Shown: positions 8,098-14,472 of the stretch, piece by piece
Layout: the number at the start of each line of letters is the position of its first letter
How positions within the stretch are numbered: position 1 is the first letter of the stretch
Source of the DNA: Bacillota bacterium
GTDB lineage: Bacteria; Bacillota; Sulfobacillia; JAJYWN01; JAJZPE01
DNA: 24,000 nt
NCBI GenBank assembly: GCA_021787335.1
Contig: JAJYMC010000062.1
Span: forward strand, 44,053-68,052
Direction of reading: 5' to 3'
Translations under genes and position numbers: made by a program
The notes under the pieces: model-generated
Database searches by the model: none
The model's input: the letters and a program-made list of their open reading frames with translations, nothing else
What the model was told of the DNA's origin: nothing

Positions 8098-8981
8098 AAC
8101 CGGCCGACCTCAACCAGAAGCTCGATGGCTTCCGCCCAGACGGCCGCTCGTTTCCGGGCGAGGGTCCCACCGGGACCCGCGGTCAGCCAGTTCTTCACCT
8201 GGCGCGCGGTCAGGATCAGAGCATCCTCATACAGCTCACGGACATTCCACGGCCCGCCGACATGGGGCAGCATGGCCACCCCGTCGCGCGGGTCATTGGC
8301 GTATAGGACGAAGGTCGCCGGGTCGTACGAAGACGGCCGCGTGCCGGCGTACTCCCAATCGACGAACCGGAACTGCTCCCCGGACCGCAGAACGTTCGCC
8401 GGGTGCAGGTCACCGTGGCTGAGGACGGGGGGCGTTCCCGGGTCCAGCCGGCCGACCACCTTTTTCAGGACTCCAACGACGCGGCCCGCGGGCTCTTCGC
8501 CAAGCGATGACAGGGCGACCAGGTGCTGCCGCGCCTTTTCGTTACGGTCATAAGGGGGCGACGAACCCTCCGGCAGCGTCGCCTGGTTGAACGCGGTCCG
8601 CTGCATCGCGGCCACCAAGGCCAGGACATCCCGCTGGACCGACCAGGCCAGTCCGCCGCCCTCCCGCTGTTCGGCCAGAGGCTGGCCCTCGATCTTCTCC
8701 AGGACGAGGATTCCGCGGGCCTCGGTGAAATCAGCGAGGACCACCTTCGGCAGACCGACGGGGAGGTCAAGTCCGAGGGCGAGAAACCGCCTCTCGTTGC
8801 CAAGGGCCATAAGGTAATAGGGCTGAGCCGAGGTGCGGACTTTGATGACGTGGTGGCCAGTCATAGTGGTGACCGCCTCGCCGCGCCGCACGCGGCCCGA
8901 TAGGTCCTCGATGGCGTCGGCGGTCAGGAAGTCCTGGAGGACTTCCGTAAGCCCGAGGGCCGGGTCTGCCGGAGAGCCCAT
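8088..8981 (-). CDS. Aminoglycoside/choline-kinase-like phosphotransferase (APH family)
   Basis: Catalytic loop LSHGDLHPANVL and metal-binding FVDWEYAG are the Brenner and DxE motifs of the APH/ChoK kinase fold. ATG 8981 is preceded by AAGGGGG at 8-nt spacing, so the track extension to 9089 is rejected. Confidence 0.8.
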   Translation of the reverse strand: MGSPADPALGLTEVLQDFLTADAIEDLSGRVRRGEAVTTMTGHHVIKVRTSAQPYYLMALGNERRFLALGLDLPVGLPKVVLADFTEARGILVLEKIEGQPLAEQREGGGLAWSVQRDVLALVAAMQRTAFNQATLPEGSSPPYDRNEKARQHLVALSSLGEEPAGRVVGVLKKVVGRLDPGTPPVLSHGDLHPANVLRSGEQFRFVDWEYAGTRPSSYDPATFVLYANDPRDGVAMLPHVGGPWNVRELYEDALILTARQVKNWLTAGPGGTLARKRAAVWAEAIELLVEVGRFYR

Positions 8982-9022
8982 TTTGATGCCCCCTTGGAGT
9001 CGGCGTCGCGCCCGGTCGGCGT

Positions 9023-10369
9023 TCAGACCGCCTGCTGTGCCTGCGGGCGCTCGCTCGCCGTCTGCCGCTCGCTGTTCCTGAAGAACCACCAGAACAGGGC
9101 CATCCCGACGACATAGCAGACCGTGGTGAAGGTGAAGGCCAGGCCGAAGCCGGAGACGACCTGCAGGTAGCCGCTGACCATCGGGCCGATGCCGCCGCGG
9201 CCCATGCTCCCAAGGACGGCGCCGAGGCTGGTCAAGGTGGCTCGCTGGCGCTCGGAGACCTGTTCGAGGATGAAGGTCTGCTGGATGGGGCCGCCCATGT
9301 TCATCAGGGCGCCGCGCAGGTAGTAGGCGCTCACGGCGGCCGCGAGGTTGCCCGAATAGGCCAGGGTCAGAAGGAAGGGGATCGAGGCCAGTTCGGTCAG
9401 GACCACCGTGCGAACCCGCCCCAACCGCTTGGCCATCAAGGGCGCGACCAGGGTGGCCACGGCCGTGGCGATGGCCGAGAAGGCGAAGATGGGGGAGATG
9501 CGCTCCGGCGGTAGCCTGAACCTCATGTTGAAGAAGAGCTGGAAGAAGGTGACCATGGCCCCGGCGCCCAGCGAGACCAACGCCTGTGGGGCCAGCAGCT
9601 TGAGGTAGAGGCCGAGTTCGGCGGCGGTGCGGGGGAGCGGGCTGGCCGGCTTGCCCGGGCGGGCCGCGGCGGTCGACGTAACCTTGGCCGCGTCAGGGCC
9701 GATCTTGCCGGGCCCCGACGCATCGGTCTCCTGGGCGCCGTCCCCGACCGGCTTGGGGATCCTGAGCCCGATCATCGGCAGGAGGGCGAGGATGTTGAAA
9801 AAAGCCATCGCCAGGAGGGCCGCGCGGAGGGGGACCACGCCCATCGATGTGCCGCCGATTCGCACGGCGACCCAATCCGGGATGGCTCCGCCGAGGAGGC
9901 TGCCCAGGAACCCGGTTCCGCCCATCACCGCCGATTGCAGCGAGAAGAGATAGACGCGTTCCCGCGGGTGGGTGATGGACATCAGGAAGGGCGGCCCGAT
10001 GACCCACGCCGTCGAGCCGGCCACGCCGCCGAGGATGGCGAAGAAGAGGAGCGGGACTCTAGCGGCGGAAAGCGCCGTGCCCAGCGCGGCCACGCTGCTG
10101 ATGGCCGTGCCGAAGATGAGGAAGGGCATGTAGCCCTTGCGGTCGGCGAGGTAGCCGAGGGGCAGGCCGAGGGCCATCACGACCAACGACGGCAGGCCGT
10201 TCAGAAGGCCGATGAAGTCCGGGCGGTAGCCCAGGGAGTGGAGGTACAGGTTCAGGTTGAGGTTGCTGATGCTGAAGGCGATGCTCGTCAGGACCGTGAA
10301 CAGCATATAGCGGCGGGCGCTGCCGCCCATCGCCCGAAGGGCGCGGCCATAGTCGCCGAAGGCGCTCAC
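9023..10369 (-). CDS. MFS transporter (paralog 1)
   Basis: About 12 hydrophobic helices and the MFS loop motif GYLADRKG. GTG start overlaps the upstream paralog stop (GTGA). Confidence 0.85.
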   Translation of the reverse strand: MSAFGDYGRALRAMGGSARRYMLFTVLTSIAFSISNLNLNLYLHSLGYRPDFIGLLNGLPSLVVMALGLPLGYLADRKGYMPFLIFGTAISSVAALGTALSAARVPLLFFAILGGVAGSTAWVIGPPFLMSITHPRERVYLFSLQSAVMGGTGFLGSLLGGAIPDWVAVRIGGTSMGVVPLRAALLAMAFFNILALLPMIGLRIPKPVGDGAQETDASGPGKIGPDAAKVTSTAAARPGKPASPLPRTAAELGLYLKLLAPQALVSLGAGAMVTFFQLFFNMRFRLPPERISPIFAFSAIATAVATLVAPLMAKRLGRVRTVVLTELASIPFLLTLAYSGNLAAAVSAYYLRGALMNMGGPIQQTFILEQVSERQRATLTSLGAVLGSMGRGGIGPMVSGYLQVVSGFGLAFTFTTVCYVVGMALFWWFFRNSERQTASERPQAQQAV

Positions 10370-11637
10370 GAGGTCATCGCCACCTTGGGCCGCTCAGCGT
10401 GGCGGAAGAAGTACCAGAATAGGCCGGCGCCCAGGACATAGCAGACGGTGGTGAAGGTGAAGGCCAGGCTGAACCCGGAGACGACCTGCAGGTACCCGCT
10501 GATGACCGGGCCGAGCCCGCCGCGGCCCATGCTCCCGAGGATGGCGCTGAGGCTGGTCAGCGTGGCCCGTTGGTTCTCGGCCACCTGTTCGAGGACGAAG
10601 GTCTGCTGGACCGGCCAGACCATATTCATCAGGGCGTCACGGAGATAGTAGGCGGCGATGACCGCCGGCAGGCTGGTCGAGTAGGCCAGGGTTAGCAGGA
10701 AGGGGACCGAGGCCAGCTGCGACAGGACCACCGTGCGGACCCTCCCGAAGCGCCGGGCCAGGAGCGGTGTGGCCAACGTGGCCAAGGTCGTCCCGATGGC
10801 GGCGAAGGCGAAGATCGGACCGATGCGCTCCGGGGGCAGTTTGAACTTCATGTTGAAGAAGAGCTGGAAGAAGGTGACCATGGCCCCCGCCCCCAGGGCG
10901 ACCAGGGTCTCCAGGGAAAGCAGCTTGAGGTACAGGCCAAGCTCGGCGCGGCTGCGGGGGAGGGGGCTGGCCGGCTTCACTGACGCCCCGGTGCCGCCAT
11001 CGCCCGCCGCGGCTGCTTTCTTCGGCTCCTTCATACCCATCAAGGGCAACATGCTGAGGGCATTGAAGAGGACGATGACCAATAGGGCGAAGCGCAGCGG
11101 CAGGACGTCCCCGGAGCTGACCCCGAACCGAGTGGCCATCAGCCGCGGGACCGCCCCGCCCATGAGGCTGCCGAGGAAGCCGGTCCCGGTCATCACCGCC
11201 GACTGCAGTGAGAAGAGGAAGACGCGTTCCTTCGGGCTGGTGATGGACATCAGGAACGGGGCCCCGAGGATCCAGCCCGCCGAGCCGGCTACACCGGAGA
11301 TGACGGCGAAGGCCATCAGGGGAGCCTTGCCGACGGACAGGGCCAGCCCCAAGGTGGTCAAGGTGTTGATGGCCGTGCCGATGACGATGAACTTCAGATA
11401 GCCCTTGCGGTCGGCCAGCATCCCGATGGGCAGGCCGACGAAGATGACGACCATCGACGGCAGACCGTTCAGGAGGCCGATGAAGTCCTGACGGTAGCCG
11501 ATGGCGTGCAGGTAGAGGTTGAGGCACAGTGAGCCGATGGCCCAGCCGATGCTGCTGAGGCCGGTGAAAAGCAGGTAACGACGGGCGTTCGAGCCCATCC
11601 CCCGGGCCGCTTTGATGTATTCGCCGAAAGCGCTCAT
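10366..11637 (-). CDS. MFS transporter (paralog 2)
   Basis: Collinear with 9023-10369 (MSAFGEYIKAARGMGSNARRYLLF versus MSAFGDYGRALRAMGGSARRYMLF), with GMLADRKG. ATG 11637 is chosen because the paralog alignment begins there. The track extension to 11817 is rejected. Confidence 0.85.
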   Translation of the reverse strand: MSAFGEYIKAARGMGSNARRYLLFTGLSSIGWAIGSLCLNLYLHAIGYRQDFIGLLNGLPSMVVIFVGLPIGMLADRKGYLKFIVIGTAINTLTTLGLALSVGKAPLMAFAVISGVAGSAGWILGAPFLMSITSPKERVFLFSLQSAVMTGTGFLGSLMGGAVPRLMATRFGVSSGDVLPLRFALLVIVLFNALSMLPLMGMKEPKKAAAAGDGGTGASVKPASPLPRSRAELGLYLKLLSLETLVALGAGAMVTFFQLFFNMKFKLPPERIGPIFAFAAIGTTLATLATPLLARRFGRVRTVVLSQLASVPFLLTLAYSTSLPAVIAAYYLRDALMNMVWPVQQTFVLEQVAENQRATLTSLSAILGSMGRGGLGPVISGYLQVVSGFSLAFTFTTVCYVLGAGLFWYFFRHAERPKVAMTS

Positions 11638-11834
11638 GGGTTTGCTCCGTTCGTTGGTGTGACTGCGGTTCGGGCACCAAACCAATATCTTTCGACGCCC
11701 CGGCTCGGAATGCCTTCTGCCAATGCTTGCCTCCATTCGGCAGGAGTGGGCCGCCCGGCGTGGAAATCGGACAGCGATGGCCCGCGCATCCGCTGGGCGC
11801 ATTCCGGCCGCGGGCAAGCAAGGGAGGGCTCCAC

Positions 11835-12752
11835 ATGGCGCGAGTGGTCGAGTACGTCCGCCAGACCCTGCCGCAGTTGCAGGCCCTGGACAAGGCGAAG
11901 ACCGTGGCCCTGATGTCGGTCAGCCCGATCGAGGTCCACGGCCCGCATCTGCCCGTCGGGACCGACGTCTATATCTCGGAGAATCTGCGGCAGCGCTACA
12001 TCGCCGAGATCGAACGCCGTCACCCGGACTTCACCATGCTGATCATGCCACCGTTGCCCGCCGGGGCCGACCCGCTGCCGGTCGGCGGCTCAATCAACGT
12101 GCCGGCGCCGGTCCTCGAGGGGCTCATCGTCGCCTTCGCGTCCGGCCTCGCCGCCCAAGGGTTCAAATACCTTCTCATCTCGGATAACCACGGCGGCCCC
12201 CGCCACCAGATGGCCATCGAGGCGGCCGCCCGGACCGCCTGGCGCAAGCACCGCTTTTACGTCATCAACCCATTCGGCCTGGAGTTCCGGATGATGGTCC
12301 AGCACGACCCGGCCCTCATGCAGGCCACCGGGCTCGGCCCCGGCAACATCGGCGACGACCCGGACGTTCACGCCGGGACCAACGAGACCTCCCTGATGAT
12401 GGCCACCGACCTGGCCCTCATCGACCCGGGCTACCCGGGCGTACCGGCCTCGGCCCCAACTAAGGGCCCCGGCGCCCTGGCGGCCATCGGGCGCGTCCTC
12501 GCCGCTCTCGGCGGGCGGGTCCTCGGCCGCGACCTGGAGCACCTCGACGCCACCCTGGCCTGGACGGGGAAGAAGGGCTTCACGCCGTACATGGGAGCGC
12601 CGGCCAAGGCCTCGAAGGAGGCCGGCGAGGCGATGTACCGGGCCCGCGTGAACGTGGCCATGGACCTCCTCGAGCGGGCCCTCCGCGGCGAGGAACTGAA
12701 GATAACCCCGATGCTGTGGGGCCTCAGGATCCTGAGGAAGTTGCCGGGGTAG
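11835..12752 (+). CDS. Creatininase-family amidohydrolase
   Basis: N-terminal SPIEVHGPHLPVGTD is the family metal-binding signature, and DNHGGP follows later. ATG 11835 is preceded by GGGAGGG (11822-11828). Confidence 0.8.
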   Translation: MARVVEYVRQTLPQLQALDKAKTVALMSVSPIEVHGPHLPVGTDVYISENLRQRYIAEIERRHPDFTMLIMPPLPAGADPLPVGGSINVPAPVLEGLIVAFASGLAAQGFKYLLISDNHGGPRHQMAIEAAARTAWRKHRFYVINPFGLEFRMMVQHDPALMQATGLGPGNIGDDPDVHAGTNETSLMMATDLALIDPGYPGVPASAPTKGPGALAAIGRVLAALGGRVLGRDLEHLDATLAWTGKKGFTPYMGAPAKASKEAGEAMYRARVNVAMDLLERALRGEELKITPMLWGLRILRKLPG

Positions 12753-12943
12753 CGGGGGGCTGGCTGGGAACGTGAAAGCGCTATCGTTTGTCAAGAAATG
12801 ACAAACAGCAGGAGGATTGGGGGGACGGTAGAAACCTGCGGGCCATGGTTTCTCTGCCACTCTCTTGTTAATGCGCCAGCCTGGGTCAACCTGCAACGGG
12901 CAAGGGAGGCAAGAAGCCACACTTAGCAATCCAGGTGAGTGCA

Positions 12944-13345
12944 ATGAAGGCTTTCCCCCCTCCCAGTCCAGAGGAAACTGAAAGGCAGCAAGTTGGATAT
13001 CTTACCGGACAATCCGTTAACCTTCTCGCGCTGCATGACATCAAACCTCGTCCCATTTGGATAGGCCCTAGCAACATCGAGCATATGATGAATGAGCATC
13101 CGGTGGACTTCCGGCGGTTCTTCACCTATATCCCGCTCATACTTCAGGAACCACACTTCATGAGCGTGCGCCCAAGCACTGGAAGCATCGAATACGTTCG
13201 CGTTTTCGATGAATCCCGGCAGGCCGTCTTGGTAGCCGTCCGGGCCAGCAGGAGTGGAGTGCTGTACATTCGGAGCCTCTATGCGATATCTTGGGGGAAG
13301 TTGTCTTCCTATCTAGGGTCTGGTGTCATGAAAACGTACAGGTAA
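12944..13345 (+). CDS. Small protein resembling PBECR (phage-Barnase-EndoU-ColicinE5/D-RelE-like) putative nucleases
   Basis: The pattern NIEHMMNEHPVDFRRFFTYIPLILQEPHFM...SIEYVRVF...AVLVAVRASRSGVLYIRSLYAI matches my memory of this family (I..HI..rHp.d...f..yIp.ii..PDyi ... v.v.v...g..f.rT.y.i). GC is lower than in the flanks. AGGTGA precedes ATG 12944, and GTG 12935 is an alternative start. Confidence 0.5.
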   Translation: MKAFPPPSPEETERQQVGYLTGQSVNLLALHDIKPRPIWIGPSNIEHMMNEHPVDFRRFFTYIPLILQEPHFMSVRPSTGSIEYVRVFDESRQAVLVAVRASRSGVLYIRSLYAISWGKLSSYLGSGVMKTYR

Positions 13346-13367
13346 CGCGACTTTCCGCACTGTCCAC

Positions 13368-13396
13368 TTGGAAGATCGCTTGTTGTGTGCTAGACT
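13368..13396 (+). promoter_or_regulatory. Candidate extended -10 promoter in the non-coding region
   Basis: TTGGAA (13368-13373), 17 nt, TGcTAGACT (13388-13396). The same GTGCTA..A.T context occurs at the SLH gene promoter (13698-13707). Confidence 0.4.
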
Positions 13397-13402
13397 TATC
13401 CA

Positions 13403-13537
13403 TAGACGGGTAAGGATTCGACGAGGGAATCACTAAGGACGGAACAGGCAGCCGTCGCCCCCACTCTGTGGGTTAGGAGATGTAGGCGCCACCTACTAGT
13501 GACTCCCATGAAAAGGGCGCGGCAACGCGCCTTTTTC
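13403..13537 (+). ncRNA. Candidate about 135-nt structured RNA of unknown class
   Basis: No credible ORF or SD on either strand. It is bounded by the promoter-like element above and a GNRA-capped terminator hairpin. Internal hairpins are GATTC/GAATC (13415-13419/13427-13431), GACGG/CCGTC (13439-13443/13452-13456) and CCCAC/GTGGG (13459-13463/13467-13471). Confidence 0.35.
13511..13537. terminator. Bidirectional-looking intrinsic terminator
   Basis: AAAAG-GGCGCG pairs with CGCGCC-TTTTT around the tetraloop GCAA. An A-tract lies upstream and a T-tract downstream. Confidence 0.7.
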
Positions 13538-13653
13538 AATCAACTGCGGCCGCTCCCAGAAAGCAGCTCCCCTCCGGGGTAGTCACTAGTGGAGGGGCGG
13601 TTTTCCGGCCATCAGGGACAAGCCTAACACGAACGCCTGTTCGAGTCAAGAGG

Positions 13654-13697
13654 GGCCGGGAGGTGTGACCCAAATCACACCTATCCCTGCCTTTTTT
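13654..13697 (+). terminator. Strong rho-independent terminator just upstream of the SLH gene promoter
   Basis: Inner stem AGGTGTGA (13661-13668) pairs with TCACACCT (13675-13682). Outer stem GGCCGGG (13654-13660) pairs with CCCTGCC (13685-13691) with one mismatch. TTTTTT follows at 13692-13697. Confidence 0.8.
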
Positions 13698-13698
13698 G

Positions 13699-13707
13699 TG
13701 CTACAAT
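13699..13707 (+). promoter_or_regulatory. Extended -10 promoter element for the SLH/cytochrome genes
   Basis: TGcTACAAT at 13699-13707. It overlaps the track ATG at 13706, which has no SD, so I reject that start. Confidence 0.5.
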
Positions 13708-13744
13708 GGCAGGGGTCAGGGCTGTGACCAGGGGGGTAGGCATC

Positions 13745-14419
13745 GTGCGGTTTGTGAAAGTGGGCGCCATCATCGGCATCGGGCTCATCGCCGCTTTGGC
13801 GGTCGTGGCCACTTTGCCGGCCGCGGCGGCGGCGGCGAAGACCCTGCCCGACGTCAAGGGGCACTGGGCCGAGGAGGCCATCACGGTCCTCGCCGGCAAG
13901 GGCGTCATCGCCGGGTATCCCGATGGGAAGTTCCACCCGGCGGACCCCATCACCCGGGCCCAATACCTCAAACTACTGGTGCTCACCGAGGAGACCGACA
14001 TCTCCATCGGCCTCAAGCCGTCCTTCGCGGACACCGCCGACCACTGGGTCCATCGCCAGGGTTACCTGGAGACGGCCGTCAAGTGGGGGATCATCGTCCC
14101 GAGCGAGTACCCGAACCGCCGCTTCGAGCCGGACAAGGCCATCAGCCGTGAGGAGATGGCCGTCTGGACCGTTCGGGCGTCTTACATGAGCTTGCCCGGC
14201 ACGATCCCCGAGAACAGCCCGCTCAGCTTCAAGGACGCCTCCAAGGTCAGCCCCCCGGCGGTCAAGTACGTCGCCGAAGCGGTCCGCTTGGAACTGATCA
14301 AGGGCCGCCCCGACAACACCTTCGGGCCGGCTGACGGGGCGACCCGCGCCGAGGCGGCGACCATCGTCTTCAGACGCATCGGCCGCGCCCCGACCATCGG
14401 TTGCTTCCAGCACCATTGA
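13745..14419 (+). CDS. Secreted protein with three S-layer homology (SLH) domains
   Basis: Signal peptide MRFVKVGAIIGIGLIAALAVVATLPAAAAAA from GTG 13745, with GGGGGGTAGG upstream. Three SLH repeats: DVKGHWAEEAI..GYPDGKFHPADPITRAQ, FADTADHWV..FEPDKAISREEMA, FKDASKVSPPAVKYV..GRPDNTFGPADGATRAEAA. Confidence 0.9.
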   Translation: MRFVKVGAIIGIGLIAALAVVATLPAAAAAAKTLPDVKGHWAEEAITVLAGKGVIAGYPDGKFHPADPITRAQYLKLLVLTEETDISIGLKPSFADTADHWVHRQGYLETAVKWGIIVPSEYPNRRFEPDKAISREEMAVWTVRASYMSLPGTIPENSPLSFKDASKVSPPAVKYVAEAVRLELIKGRPDNTFGPADGATRAEAATIVFRRIGRAPTIGCFQHH

Positions 14420-14472
14420 GCCGGCGCGCTCCAGGCCCGCGAACTCAGGCACTCGACGCATGGGGGAGAAGC

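Noticed and set aside
11638-11834. Inverted repeats in the MFS/creatininase divergent spacer: TTGGTG/CACCAA near 11655-11682, and CGGAATGC/GCATTCCG at about 11705-11712 and 11798-11805.
   Set aside because: They are short and widely spaced, with no recognisable promoter geometry or known operator. This is not distinguishable from chance in GC-rich DNA without comparative data.
7912-12752. A mycofactocin-like or other RiPP cluster, suggested by a creatininase-family (MftE-like) gene plus a small ORF.
   Set aside because: The window contains no radical-SAM maturase, RiPP recognition element protein or precursor with a recognisable C-terminal core. The small ORF is 3.7 kb away on the other side of unrelated genes.
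13404-13470. tmRNA (ssrA) gene or fragment, suggested by GACGGGUAAGGAUUCGACGAGGGAAU, which resembles the tmRNA 5' region (GGGG....GGAUUCGAC.GGGA).
   Set aside because: There is no T-arm or acceptor 3' end (GGUUCGAAUCC...CCACCA) anywhere in 13346-13700. There is no tag-peptide reading frame ending in Ala-Ala-stop, and the length is too short. At most it is a chance or fragmentary similarity.
13611-13660. GEMM-I (cyclic dinucleotide) riboswitch upstream of a cytochrome operon, prompted by GGGACAAGCCUAAC resembling GGGACGCAAAGCC...CUAAACC.
   Set aside because: The highly conserved ACGCAAAGC core is not present. I cannot build the P1/P2 tetraloop and receptor architecture. Only a covariance-model scan could revive this idea.
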